64,000 bases of DNA from a virus. Taxonomy: Duplodnaviria > Heunggongvirae > Uroviricota > Caudoviricetes. The DNA is taken from the IMG/VR virus record IMGVR_UViG_3300028797_000097; one strand, given 5' to 3'. Shown here piece after piece: positions 39,436 through 50,127 of this stretch. The notes under the pieces were generated by a model. That model was not told the origin of the DNA and made no database searches. It saw only the letters and a program-made list of their open reading frames with translations. Numbering within the stretch: the first letter of the stretch is position 1; each line of letters opens with the position of its first letter. Position numbers and translations under genes: made by a program.

Positions 39436-41058
39436 ATGAATCTTAATTTTTTAAACCCATTTAGCTCTGAATTCTTAAAAACTTCCCCGGAACATAGTGA
39501 ACAACGTGCAATCGAAGCTGCACGTAATTCTTATGGTAAAGGTGAAGATACAATTGACTGGAATGCAATAGCAGGAAGTTACAATAACAATGGTTATGTA
39601 GATCCAGCAACACCTTATGACCAAAATAATATTGTTTTTGAAACATTATTTACAAATAAATGGCAAAAAATTTCTTGGTATCGTTCTATGGCCATGTACC
39701 CATTGGTTGGTAAAGGTCTGAATATTATGGCGGACGAAGCAGTTTGTCCAGACGCACTTGGAAATGTTGCAATGTTCGATATTGAGGAACCGTTCAAATC
39801 TAAATTTACTGCAACAGAATTTGCAGCATTGAAGATGGAATTTGACTATATTGTTGACTGTGTTATTGGTAAAGAAAATATTTGGGATTATTATTATAAA
39901 TGGCTTGTTGATGCCGAACTCTTCTGGGAAATTTGTTTAAATGATGCAGGTGATAAAGTTGTTGGTATTAATACTTTAGCACCTTATGCAATGCTCGTAA
40001 TTTATGACAAAGATTCTGATAATATTAATGGTTATATTGAAAACATTAATTATCTCAATCAGGCACAGGATAAGACTTCTGAAATTAAGAAGTTCCTTCC
40101 TAACCAAGTTGCTTATGTCAGATATCCGTTAATTTGGACAAATAGAAATGATATTCGTGGTCATTTGGAACGTTCTATCAGACCATTGAACCAATTAAGA
40201 AATATTGAAGATGCTTTGACTGTTTATCGTATCACTCGTGCAACTGAACACCGTGTATTTAACATTTATACTGGTAGAATGCCGAGAACTGATGCTGCTG
40301 CTTATGTCCAGGAAATTAGAAATAAGTATCGTAAGAATTTGACTATTGATAATACTACTGGTATGGTCAATGCCGTTAAGAATACTCAAGCAATGACTGA
40401 AGATTTCTTCTTCCAGAAGGATGACTCTGGTAACGGTTCTACAGTTGAAACTTTCGCATCTGGTTCTACTTTTGATGGTCAGCTTCAGGATGTTTGGATG
40501 TTCCAGAAGCAGGTTATGGACGGTATGTTCATTCCTCAGGCAAGATGGAAATCTGATGAAGTTGGTGGTGCTTCTTATAATCCAGGTATTGATCAGGCTA
40601 ACCACGAAGAAGTTTCTTTCCAGAGAGTTAATAGAAGATTAAGAAGAAGATTTGCAGATATTATCAAGCAAGTTTACCTCGTTCACTTGAGAGTTCGTGG
40701 TTATAAGGAAAAATTCCTTGATAAGGCTTTGTATAATATCGATTTACATCCAGCAACAGACTTTGAAAGAATGCGTGACTTGAACCTTGCTGAAAAACGT
40801 GGTTCTGTTATTGGTACTCTTTCTCAGTTCTTACCAACATCTTCTAATATTAAGCCAGGTGCTGAAGAACTTGCTCCAATTTTCTCTAAGCAATTCTTCA
40901 TGGAGAAGATTCTCGGTATGTCTACTCAAGATATTCTCTTGAATAATAAGATGCTTGAATCTGAAATTAAACAGATGAGAGAAGAATCAGAAGCTGCACA
41001 GGCTGAAGGCGGAGAATCTCCAGATGCTGAAGGCGGCGGAAGCGACTTAGGTTTCTAA
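39436..41058 (+). CDS. gp20: Portal protein (T4 gp20)
   Basis: NQLRNIEDALTVYRITRATEHRVFNIYTGRMP, EDFFF, late promoter 39394-39401. Confidence 0.95.
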   Translation: MNLNFLNPFSSEFLKTSPEHSEQRAIEAARNSYGKGEDTIDWNAIAGSYNNNGYVDPATPYDQNNIVFETLFTNKWQKISWYRSMAMYPLVGKGLNIMADEAVCPDALGNVAMFDIEEPFKSKFTATEFAALKMEFDYIVDCVIGKENIWDYYYKWLVDAELFWEICLNDAGDKVVGINTLAPYAMLVIYDKDSDNINGYIENINYLNQAQDKTSEIKKFLPNQVAYVRYPLIWTNRNDIRGHLERSIRPLNQLRNIEDALTVYRITRATEHRVFNIYTGRMPRTDAAAYVQEIRNKYRKNLTIDNTTGMVNAVKNTQAMTEDFFFQKDDSGNGSTVETFASGSTFDGQLQDVWMFQKQVMDGMFIPQARWKSDEVGGASYNPGIDQANHEEVSFQRVNRRLRRRFADIIKQVYLVHLRVRGYKEKFLDKALYNIDLHPATDFERMRDLNLAEKRGSVIGTLSQFLPTSSNIKPGAEELAPIFSKQFFMEKILGMSTQDILLNNKMLESEIKQMREESEAAQAEGGESPDAEGGGSDLGF

Positions 41059-41081
41059 TAGAAAATTTAGAATATAAAAAG

Positions 41082-41108
41082 AAAACCGGTTTTAATAACC
41101 GGTTTTTT
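41082..41108. repeat. AAAACCGGTT double-palindrome terminator, copy 2
   Basis: Between portal (+) and tube (-). Confidence 0.8.
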
Positions 41109-41128
41109 AAATTTAATTTTTTTATCTA

Positions 41129-41725
41129 TTAGGTGTAGATAACTTCGAATGTAGAGTAGCTGAATGTGCAGGTTCTGGTAATCTTAGAATCACCATTCTG
41201 GTCAAGAGAAACACTCTGGACAGTCTTTGGCCATACACGATAAAGTCTCCACTTCAACGGAAGAAGTTCTTTAAGAGTAGAATCATAAAGGAGAACTTCA
41301 ACAGTTGCACAGTAACGAGAAGCGAAGTTAGAAAAAGCACCACCAGTAATATTATTAGTAGAACCACCAATATCGTCCTGGAAACCTTGGTTCATGAGAA
41401 GGTTTGCCCAACGATGTAATGCTTGAGAAATGGTAGTATCTTGGAATTCATCCCACTGAATATCAAAAGTACCACTAACAGTAGCCTTACCAGGATAGAG
41501 AAGTTTAGTTCCCATATATTGTGTATCAAGTTCACCAAATTCCTTTTGTGGTAATGTTGCTGTTCTTGCCTTAATCATTAAATCGTCGGCATCTAATAAT
41601 TGTGATAATGGCGAATCGGATTCGTAAAGAAATCTAACCTGGAAAAGATATGCCTTAGCAAGGTCAGGTAAGTTAGCCAACTTACCCCAGACGCTCATAC
41701 TTGTATCAAACTTTTGTGTTGCCAT
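41129..41725 (-). CDS. gp19: Tail tube protein (T4 gp19)
   Basis: KARTATLPQKEFG...YMGTKLLYPG...WPKTVQSVSLD...CTFSY. Confidence 0.85.
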   Translation of the reverse strand: MATQKFDTSMSVWGKLANLPDLAKAYLFQVRFLYESDSPLSQLLDADDLMIKARTATLPQKEFGELDTQYMGTKLLYPGKATVSGTFDIQWDEFQDTTISQALHRWANLLMNQGFQDDIGGSTNNITGGAFSNFASRYCATVEVLLYDSTLKELLPLKWRLYRVWPKTVQSVSLDQNGDSKITRTCTFSYSTFEVIYT

Positions 41726-41897
41726 AATAGCTAATCTCCTTGAATTTTTTTATTCTTTATTATTTATAGAAAAATTTAGGAAAAATAATTAGAACTTAAA
41801 AATTCTGAAAAATCACATAAAACCGTTATAAATAATTATATAGTTTAAAACTTTGTGGAAAAGAAAAAAGGTTTATAATATTTATTAGGAGAAACGT

Positions 41898-44800
41898 ATG
41901 GCAAAATATAGTACGCCAGGTATAAGATTTACAGAAATCGATAATACCATCCGTTCAGAAGCTGAACCAGGATTAGGTATCGGTGCGATTGTCATGAAGT
42001 CCAATAAAGGACCTGTTAATCAGCGTGTCGTTACCAGAAATTATAACGAATTTACAGAAATTTTCGGTGAACCAGAGACTTTGACCGACTATGGTCACTT
42101 TGCTGCAGAAAATTATTTTGCAAATTCGACTCAAATGTATGCCGTTCGTGCAACTATGGGTGATGAGCAATACTCTCAAATCCAGTTCACTTATGACGGT
42201 GCACCAGTAACCGCAACGAACAAGTCCAAGGACACATGTAAGTTCGTTTATGTCGATAACCAGAGCGACAATACGCTTAAGCTTTTGTCTCCATTGTCTG
42301 CTGTCACTCAAGTTGACGCTATGACCGCAGGTGGTGACTGGTTAGATAATCCAGATGGTCAATTCGGTTACACACTCAAGCAGCGTGCATATTATGGCAC
42401 ATTCTCTGATATTTTGTCAGAAACAGAAGATTTAATCATTTATAAGGGTAAGAATGACGAACACGGTGCTGAATCCTGGGAAGGAAATATCGTTGAAAAA
42501 GGTATTCACGTCATGTACCCATATTCTGTCGATTCTCAGGGTAAAAATCCGTTAATCGAAAATAAACTTTTGTTTACCGCTTCTGCATGGTATAATGAAT
42601 CTGCTAATGCAACTCAGTGTGATGTTAGAAAAGTCGGAACTTTGTTCAAGACAACAGTTTCTGTTCCTGCTTCTGCAACTCTTAACAGAAAGCAAGTCAA
42701 TATTACTTTCTACGGTGAAGAATCTGCAGTTAGTGGCTGGCCAACAAGCGGTGTTGCTTATCAGGATATTTTCACAGATGATAACTTCTTTGGTGATTTC
42801 CCAGGCCCATGGAAAGACGGAACTTCTGGTTATGGTTATGTAGACGCACAGCGTATGGAAATCATGGACTGGGACGATCCAGATATTAAGAAGACTTACT
42901 ATGTTGATAGCGATAATTTCGCAAGTGGCACATCTGGTGTTTCTGGTATCAAATATACAGAATTCTTCAGTGTTGACCCAAGCTATGCAATTATCGGTAA
43001 TCATCCGACAATGGATTTCGATGGTAAGGCTGGTGCTGATGCATTATTCTGCTCTGCAGTTTCTGAAATGTATTTGAATACAGATAAGACTAAGGTTGCA
43101 TATCTCGGTAATGATGATATTGATAAGCGTTCTCCAAGAGACGTTATCATCGATATGCTCGATGCTTATAGCTGTAACGACATTTCTGATATTAACGAAT
43201 ACTTCTACCTCAAGTATTACGATGCAACAACCAAGTCCATCGTTGAAAAGATTATTAAGGAAGATGCAAAGGATTGCTTCGATCCTAAGGGTAAGTATTT
43301 CGACAAGCATGTTGAAAAGTATTTGTTCTGGCTCTATGCTGGTAAGGGCGAAAACAAGCTCACAAAGGCTCCAGTCTATATTGCTGATGAACCAGAATTG
43401 GTAAGCTTGCCAATCGATAACACCTATGTTTACACCGATGGTGAAACTGGTGAAAAGATTATCAGAAATAATATTGTTGCTAACCCATCTTCTTATATCT
43501 TCAACTCTGTTGATAAGACTTATGCAGATGGTTATACTGTTAGAACTGAAGCTGACGATGAACCAGGTAATGGTGACATTGAACAGTACAAGTCTGTCTT
43601 CGATGATCAGCTCGTTATTGCTTCTATTGGTCCTGGTAAGTATGGTGATGATATTGGTATTTCCATCATCACAACTGAATGTTCTGAAATTCCAGCATTA
43701 AATCATCAGAATGCATTTAACTGGAAGTACAGATATGATGACGAAGACCGTGTTAACAATGATACAACTCCATATAATGAAAATGAAATGGATTTGACTT
43801 GGAAGAAGGTTTTCAGAATTAACGTTTACATCAAGTCTAAGACACAGACCGCAGAAGCTGCTTGGGGCTTTGGTATGGATGCTCTCCTCAAGGATCCTGC
43901 AGAATCTTGGTATGTTTCTACTGACCCGTATGCAAAGGACGGTGAAGGCAACAGTCTTTACGCTCCAACTGTAATTAACGGTCATTCTGATTATATCTAC
44001 GTTTCTCGTGCTTCTGTTACTGATGCTGTTAACGGTGTTGGTAAGTATACTCAACCAACCCAGACATTCGCAATTTACGGTTTAACTGGTGGTAAGAATT
44101 CTGAAAAGAATAATATCGCTGAAAAGACCGCAGCATTATCGCTCTATTCTGATAGACGTCGTGCACCATTCGATATTCTCTTTAACGTCGATGCAATCGA
44201 TACCTTCAATGGTCGTCAGCGTTACAACGCTCACCAGAGAAAGATTGCTCAGATTGCTGCAGCAAGAACTATGGATATTGGTGTTGTTCAGGTTACATCT
44301 AAGTCTGCAAAGACTGCTAAGGCTATGTTATCTGAATCTAAGATGTTCAACTTCAACAAGGGTGATTATGTAGCTGAATACGGTGGTTACGATAAGTATT
44401 ACAATGGTACACTTGCTTCTTGGATTTACTTACCTAAGTCTGTTGCTGGTGCTTGTGCTATGGCTTACTGTGACACATTCTCTTATTCTTGGATGGCACC
44501 TGCTGGTGTTGCTCGTGGAACAATCAACTATACCAACGGTCAGTTGCTCAAGTTGACAGACGACGAAATCGGTCAGCTCTATGACAACAACGTTAACACA
44601 ACACGTGACTGTGGTAACTATGGTGTTGTTCTTTGGGGACAGAAGACTGCTCTCAAGAAGAACAGCTTGCTCAACAGAATCAACGTCCGTCGTTGCTTGA
44701 ACTTTATCGAAAAGCGTCTTGAAAACATGATGACTCCGTACCTCTTCATGCAGAACAGTGTTAACACTCGTGCTTCTGCAAGAAACGACATTGACTCCTT

Positions 44801-44978
44801 CTTACAGAGAGTTAAGTCTGCAGAAGGTATTGACCGTTATCAGGTTAGCGTTACTCAAGACCCAGAAGATCCGACAATCATGAATGTCAATATCATTGTC
44901 TACCCGACAAGCGCTATCGAATTCATCGATGTTAAGATCATTATTAACCGCTCTACAGTCACTGTTACTGAAGAATAA
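41898..44978 (+). CDS. gp18: Tail sheath protein (T4 gp18) with large internal insertion
   Basis: YSTPGIRFTEID, KGPVN, WMAPAG, RINVRR; 1026 aa. Confidence 0.95.
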   Translation: MAKYSTPGIRFTEIDNTIRSEAEPGLGIGAIVMKSNKGPVNQRVVTRNYNEFTEIFGEPETLTDYGHFAAENYFANSTQMYAVRATMGDEQYSQIQFTYDGAPVTATNKSKDTCKFVYVDNQSDNTLKLLSPLSAVTQVDAMTAGGDWLDNPDGQFGYTLKQRAYYGTFSDILSETEDLIIYKGKNDEHGAESWEGNIVEKGIHVMYPYSVDSQGKNPLIENKLLFTASAWYNESANATQCDVRKVGTLFKTTVSVPASATLNRKQVNITFYGEESAVSGWPTSGVAYQDIFTDDNFFGDFPGPWKDGTSGYGYVDAQRMEIMDWDDPDIKKTYYVDSDNFASGTSGVSGIKYTEFFSVDPSYAIIGNHPTMDFDGKAGADALFCSAVSEMYLNTDKTKVAYLGNDDIDKRSPRDVIIDMLDAYSCNDISDINEYFYLKYYDATTKSIVEKIIKEDAKDCFDPKGKYFDKHVEKYLFWLYAGKGENKLTKAPVYIADEPELVSLPIDNTYVYTDGETGEKIIRNNIVANPSSYIFNSVDKTYADGYTVRTEADDEPGNGDIEQYKSVFDDQLVIASIGPGKYGDDIGISIITTECSEIPALNHQNAFNWKYRYDDEDRVNNDTTPYNENEMDLTWKKVFRINVYIKSKTQTAEAAWGFGMDALLKDPAESWYVSTDPYAKDGEGNSLYAPTVINGHSDYIYVSRASVTDAVNGVGKYTQPTQTFAIYGLTGGKNSEKNNIAEKTAALSLYSDRRRAPFDILFNVDAIDTFNGRQRYNAHQRKIAQIAAARTMDIGVVQVTSKSAKTAKAMLSESKMFNFNKGDYVAEYGGYDKYYNGTLASWIYLPKSVAGACAMAYCDTFSYSWMAPAGVARGTINYTNGQLLKLTDDEIGQLYDNNVNTTRDCGNYGVVLWGQKTALKKNSLLNRINVRRCLNFIEKRLENMMTPYLFMQNSVNTRASARNDIDSFLQRVKSAEGIDRYQVSVTQDPEDPTIMNVNIIVYPTSAIEFIDVKIIINRSTVTVTEE

Positions 44979-44997
44979 GTTAATAAAATATAGAATT

Positions 44998-45022
44998 AAA
45001 GACACCAGTTTCTGGTGTCTTT
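44998..45022 (+). terminator. Sheath terminator
   Basis: AAAGACACCAG-TTT-CTGGTGTCTTT followed by a U tract. Confidence 0.8.
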
Positions 45023-45067
45023 TTTTATTATACCCTTTTAAAACTATAAATAACAAAAGAGGAAATC

Positions 45068-48000
45068 ATGGATTTTAACATATCTGAAAACAGCACAGAC
45101 ACACGTTATTTTTTAACTGTTGAATTTACTCAGCCAATTTTGCCATTTTTAACTAATGGAACATTTAATATATCAATTAAAGATATGTTAATGATGACTA
45201 CAATAAACATTGATAGTTTAGATGTTTTACTTAATCAATATGGTTTGACAGTTCCTTATAGAACTTCCATTCAAGATCAGTTAGATAATTCTTTAATTAA
45301 TAATAAAGGTATTGTTATAACAATTCCTAATGATAATACCTTATCTTTTACAATGATTCCTCGTTGCATGGAAATAAACACCAATAAGATTATTGGTTTT
45401 TATGATTCTATGATAAATATTCATGCAGAATATAATGCTGTAACAGTAGATGTAAATACTACTGCAAAATTATATCCAAGATTAGTAAGATCTGATACTT
45501 TAGATAAATATGCACCTGAGCCAGATCCAGTATTACCATCTGATGTAGATAGATGTTGTTATACATATCCGGATATTTATCAGGATAGTACAAAGAAAAT
45601 TACGCATAATGTTGTTTACAATACAGATTCTGAATTTTATGCTAATTCAACAACTTCTGCAAATACCCCACCTGAAGAAGTTCCATCTTATGTTAGTAAG
45701 TTAAGTGCATATTTTACAGCAGAAGAAGCTGACGGTTTTATTCCAGACTGGAAGAATGCTGTTTCTTGGTTATATAATGATAGAAATAAATCTCATGTTG
45801 ATGTTGATTGGGAATGTTTAGATGAAGAACCAACCGTCTATAATACATATGTTGTAGGTAATTCAGATGATGTTGAAATTCAAGAAAATTATTGGTTAAC
45901 TATTTCTGCATATCAGATTAATCAATATGTTTTTGCTAAAAATTTACCACCAAATAGATATGAAAATAAATTGTTCTTTGGATTGAGTGCAGAACATATC
46001 GATATTTATCCACCACTTGAGCCAGTTCATGAACTTTATATGCCAGATACTCTTATAATTACACCTGTAAATCCAACATATGTATTTGTTGGTGATGATA
46101 CTCATACAGAATATCCATGTCCAACAAGAGTATTGGAAATTAATGATTATAGTTTACCACCTATTGAACAAGATGGTGTTGAACATTTTGAAATAAATTT
46201 GGATCCAAATGGTAATGGACATAATGCATTCTTATTTAGTGATCCACAATATAAAAATATCGTAGCTTGTAATTTAAATGTTCGTTATTTTGATGTTAAT
46301 AATAATATGATTCCTCATGGTGCATTACCTTGGGACTCATTATATGGGTCAAATGGTTATAATTTACCTGATATTACAGCAACAAATTCTATAATTGATG
46401 TTTCTATTAGTGCTATAGAAAACGTATTATTACATTATGATAATATTGATCATGCTGTTGTATCTGCTCATATTGAAGTTGAATTAGATAGTGATTTAGT
46501 TGATGAAGATTCAGAAACACATAAAGTACCAATCGAAGAAGCACCATATTGGATAAGTAGAGATTATGCACTTACAACAGGTTGGAGATATATTGATTCT
46601 GTTCAAACAATTTGGAATAAGTATGAACATCCAGCACCAGTAGTAGAATATCGTGCTCCTGCACAAATTAATATGAATATTCTTCCGCAATATGCATCGG
46701 TTAATAATCCATCTTGGCAGACATCTCCAAATCGTATTTTAAATGTAAATGCTAATACTCCAGACGATATTGAATTTGGTAGAGAATTGCTTACAATTTC
46801 TATTAATCCAAGTAATTTGAATAATTTTATTACTAGTGCATCTGATAGATTAGATGTAACATATTATATTAATTATCCAGGTTCTCATAGAGGTGAGGAT
46901 GCAACATTAACAACTACATTTGGTACTGAACCAGTTCCTGAAACATATACACTTAGTGTCCCTGCTGATACAAGTGAACCATTAACTGCAAATATTAATT
47001 TATCTGGTGAGTTAGATGAAGATGCAACAATTACTATTGCAGCTGAACTTGTATTATATGATCCAAACGGAACAAGAGAACAAGAAATAAAAGATAGATA
47101 TCATGTTGACTTATCAATGCTTCCAGATTGGAATAAGATTCCAGCAGTTACTTTGAATTGGACTAGAAGATATACAGATCCATTTATTCCAGACCCATGG
47201 ACTGAATTTGATAAGTATGTTATCTTTACACAGTCTGAATTGGATATTGATAATTCTTATATTGGTGTTAAATCAATTACTGCACCATGTGTTAAGGTTA
47301 ATAATGGTTCTATAGTTGAATCTGAATTATTCATTACTGGTAAAAAGAAAGTACAAGATACTACTAGCGCATGTCTTGCTTTTATTAATGCTAATACAAC
47401 AAAAACATTGGCTGATGGAAGACATATAGATTATACTAGTGCTACGGAAGCAAGAGAAACTACAATATATGGGGGTCAATTACGTGGTTCTGTTAATGCA
47501 TTAAGTGATTATAAAGTTCATATTGCGGATGATGCGGATTATCCAGAGTTTACTAATACAAATCCGTCTTATATTGGAAATATCGTAGATAACGATGGTT
47601 ATCTTGAAGATTTAATTATGCCTATAGAAGAACCACCAGAATTAGTTCAATTAGATAATATGGAATTTATTGGTGAAGAATCTATTATCAGAGATACTGA
47701 CGCAACAATTAATTTAGATGCGAGTGTTAATAATCATTATGATGTATTACAATGCGGTGATAGAGGTATAATTAATTTAAAGAAAGGAACTTATTACTTT
47801 AATTCTGTTACACTTGGTGTTGGAACACAAATTAATATTGAAAATAATCTTGGTGATAATGAATTCGTAAGAATATTTGTAAGGGGTGATTTCAATGCAG
47901 CAAATACAATCGATATTAATAATCCTAATGTAAATTTGAAATCATTTATGATTTATTCTCATGAAGGTAATATTGATTTTGCAGCAAAAACTTCAAATAA

Positions 48001-48172
48001 TTTCAACTATGGTATTGCAGTTGCACCAGGAAAACCAGATCCAGATACTGGAAAACCAATGGCTGGAACTGGTGAAATAAGATTCCATAACTCTGTTATT
48101 TGGACTGGTGCATTATGGGCACAAAAAGTTGATCTACAAGGTAACTGTGAAGTTCATTCTTATGGAAATTAA
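45068..48172 (+). CDS. Virion adhesin/fibre-like protein with C-terminal beta-solenoid
   Basis: 1034 aa; C-terminal GTYYFNSVTLG...VRIFVRG...FMIYS...WTGALWAQKVDL. Confidence 0.55.
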   Translation: MDFNISENSTDTRYFLTVEFTQPILPFLTNGTFNISIKDMLMMTTINIDSLDVLLNQYGLTVPYRTSIQDQLDNSLINNKGIVITIPNDNTLSFTMIPRCMEINTNKIIGFYDSMINIHAEYNAVTVDVNTTAKLYPRLVRSDTLDKYAPEPDPVLPSDVDRCCYTYPDIYQDSTKKITHNVVYNTDSEFYANSTTSANTPPEEVPSYVSKLSAYFTAEEADGFIPDWKNAVSWLYNDRNKSHVDVDWECLDEEPTVYNTYVVGNSDDVEIQENYWLTISAYQINQYVFAKNLPPNRYENKLFFGLSAEHIDIYPPLEPVHELYMPDTLIITPVNPTYVFVGDDTHTEYPCPTRVLEINDYSLPPIEQDGVEHFEINLDPNGNGHNAFLFSDPQYKNIVACNLNVRYFDVNNNMIPHGALPWDSLYGSNGYNLPDITATNSIIDVSISAIENVLLHYDNIDHAVVSAHIEVELDSDLVDEDSETHKVPIEEAPYWISRDYALTTGWRYIDSVQTIWNKYEHPAPVVEYRAPAQINMNILPQYASVNNPSWQTSPNRILNVNANTPDDIEFGRELLTISINPSNLNNFITSASDRLDVTYYINYPGSHRGEDATLTTTFGTEPVPETYTLSVPADTSEPLTANINLSGELDEDATITIAAELVLYDPNGTREQEIKDRYHVDLSMLPDWNKIPAVTLNWTRRYTDPFIPDPWTEFDKYVIFTQSELDIDNSYIGVKSITAPCVKVNNGSIVESELFITGKKKVQDTTSACLAFINANTTKTLADGRHIDYTSATEARETTIYGGQLRGSVNALSDYKVHIADDADYPEFTNTNPSYIGNIVDNDGYLEDLIMPIEEPPELVQLDNMEFIGEESIIRDTDATINLDASVNNHYDVLQCGDRGIINLKKGTYYFNSVTLGVGTQINIENNLGDNEFVRIFVRGDFNAANTIDINNPNVNLKSFMIYSHEGNIDFAAKTSNNFNYGIAVAPGKPDPDTGKPMAGTGEIRFHNSVIWTGALWAQKVDLQGNCEVHSYGN

Positions 48173-48179
48173 AAAAAAG

Positions 48180-48205
48180 AAAACCGGTTTTAAAACCGGT
48201 TTTTT
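48180..48205. repeat. (AAAACCGGTTTT)x2 terminator, copy 3
   Basis: Perfect tandem of a 12 bp palindrome. Confidence 0.8.
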
Positions 48206-48224
48206 AATTTAAAATTTTTAATTA

Positions 48225-48599
48225 TTAAACAGCTGCAGGTGCTGGAACATCATCGTGTTTGCAACATTTACAGCTGAAAATTTCAGTATCTGGACCGACC
48301 TTAGATGGTGGAAGCAACTTATGAGTATGACCGTCACCTACTGGTTGGCAAACACCGTCTTTAATAAAGTGAACGTGACCACCGACCATAGTAATCGGAG
48401 TTTCTTTATTAATATTTGATGGTTCGTTTAATGCATCGCTAGTTCTACCATAGCCAGTTTCATCAAAAATCCAGTATTCGTGATGATGTGGACCCATAGC
48501 TGAAGAACCTTCAAAAACGTCAGTCACACCGATTTGTGAAGTATTTTCATTTAAAGCCAATGCACATTGTTCATTTACATAATCTGCATATTTTTTCAT
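48225..48599 (-). CDS. His/Cys-rich putative metal-binding protein with CTS-like N-terminus
   Basis: MKKYADYVNE; PHHHE, GHVH, GHTH, CKCCKH. Confidence 0.6.
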   Translation of the reverse strand: MKKYADYVNEQCALALNENTSQIGVTDVFEGSSAMGPHHHEYWIFDETGYGRTSDALNEPSNINKETPITMVGGHVHFIKDGVCQPVGDGHTHKLLPPSKVGPDTEIFSCKCCKHDDVPAPAAV

Positions 48600-48623
48600 A
48601 GTAATTCCTTTTAATCGTTATAT

Positions 48624-48635
48624 TATTTATAAATA
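48624..48635. promoter_or_regulatory. Palindromic bidirectional late promoter TATTTATAAATA
   Basis: Between ORF 48599 (-) and ORF 48653 (+). Confidence 0.75.
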
Positions 48636-48652
48636 AATATAAGGAGAAAGCC

Positions 48653-48925
48653 ATGAAAGATATTAATGAAGGTTTTTTTAAAGATAAATATCAGAGATAT
48701 AAAGCAGCAGTTATTAGTATTTTAAAGTCTCGTGGTATTAATGCTTTGGCATTAGGACATTATTTAGACGCATATTGTAGAGATTTTTTTGCAGATAACA
48801 TGTCTGCTGACGATTGTGCTACATCTATTGCAGAAAATAGACTTGCAAAAGAGAAAGCAATGGTTGCAGAAGCAATGCGAATTATGCGTGAACATGGGTA
48901 TAGGGTAAAGCCATACAAGAAATAA
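48653..48925 (+). CDS. Small late protein with C-terminal EAxxI..GY motif
   Basis: MKDINE|G...VAEAMRIMREHGY; AAGGAG RBS. Confidence 0.6.
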   Translation: MKDINEGFFKDKYQRYKAAVISILKSRGINALALGHYLDAYCRDFFADNMSADDCATSIAENRLAKEKAMVAEAMRIMREHGYRVKPYKK

Positions 48926-49062
48926 TATAAAAATATATCAATAATAGACCAACTATAAGATATAGTTGGCTTTTTCTGTTTAAATTTTAACAAAAAAATC
49001 AATTTTTAACCTATAAATAAAATATAAAGAATAAAATTCTATGTTAAATTGGAGGAATCAAA

Positions 49063-50040
49063 ATGGATAAAATTCTTGAAACCCTTTCCCAAAAATTCTC
49101 AGCAGAAGAATTGAATGAGGTCAAAAAGGCTATTGAATTCACTGTTGATGAAAAGGTAAAGGCAAAGTCTGAACAAGAAGCCAAGATGATTGCCAAGAAA
49201 GCTGATGAATTTTGTCAGAAGAAGATTAAGGAAGCTGTTGAAAAGAAGACTGCCGAAATCGAAGAAATTGCTAACAAGTTCTGCGAAGAACGTTGTGAAA
49301 AGTTGAGCAAGGAAGCCGATGCAAAGGTTGAATCTTATAAGAAGAAACTCGAAGAAGCTTCAGAACAGTATATCCTTGAATATTTCGATGAGAAGTTCAC
49401 AGAAAAGTACGGGCAAGAACTCGAAGCTATCGAAGAAAAAGTTATTACAGGCTTGGATAAGTATCTTGAATATAACATCAATGAAAAGATTGGTCCGGAA
49501 ATGATTCAGAAGACTGCATTGCAAGAAACCTGTCAGCCGATTGTTGAAGAGTTCATTCACATTCTTGAAGACAGATATGTTGCACCTAACACCACTGGTT
49601 CTAAGAGAATCCGCGAATTGAAGGCAGAAAATGCTGAAGTCCGTGCATCTCTCCAGAAGCAGCTCGATGAAAACATGCGTCTCGCTGAATTGGTCGAAAG
49701 CACTGGTAAGAAGTCTTTGATTTCTGAAAAGGTTGCTGACCTCTCTGCAGATCAACGTCTCAAGGTTCGTAAGTTCTTCAAGGAAAAGAGCTTGAATGAA
49801 ACTAAGAAGGATATTGATGCTTATATCGAAATGATCCAAGAACAAGCTGACTCTATCAACGCTATGCGTTATGAAAGAGAACAATTGTTTGAAAGTCATG
49901 AAAAGCCGGTTCGCAAGTCTCGCTATGTCGAAGACCGCACGAACGAAACTATCACTGAAAAGTTTAAACCAAAACGCCGTGAATTGAGCGCTCGCGAACG
50001 CATGATGCTTGGTTCCGCTAACCTAATTGATGAAAATTAA
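49063..50040 (+). CDS. gp22: Prohead core scaffold (T4 gp22)
   Basis: Coiled coil, IKEAVE...LDKYLEY...FKEKSLNE, directly upstream of gp23. Confidence 0.85.
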   Translation: MDKILETLSQKFSAEELNEVKKAIEFTVDEKVKAKSEQEAKMIAKKADEFCQKKIKEAVEKKTAEIEEIANKFCEERCEKLSKEADAKVESYKKKLEEASEQYILEYFDEKFTEKYGQELEAIEEKVITGLDKYLEYNINEKIGPEMIQKTALQETCQPIVEEFIHILEDRYVAPNTTGSKRIRELKAENAEVRASLQKQLDENMRLAELVESTGKKSLISEKVADLSADQRLKVRKFFKEKSLNETKKDIDAYIEMIQEQADSINAMRYEREQLFESHEKPVRKSRYVEDRTNETITEKFKPKRRELSARERMMLGSANLIDEN

Positions 50041-50127
50041 CTGAAATGCGAAAAATCTAATTTTTCGTTTATAAATAAAATATAGAAATTCAGAAATAAA
50101 GTAATTTTTTAATAGGAGAAAAAACAA

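Noticed and set aside
20023-48172. Diversity-generating retroelement or invertible fibre cassette
   Set aside because: No reverse transcriptase or recombinase ORF, and no TR/VR-like repeat pair seen by eye; a self-dotplot would be needed to exclude it fully.
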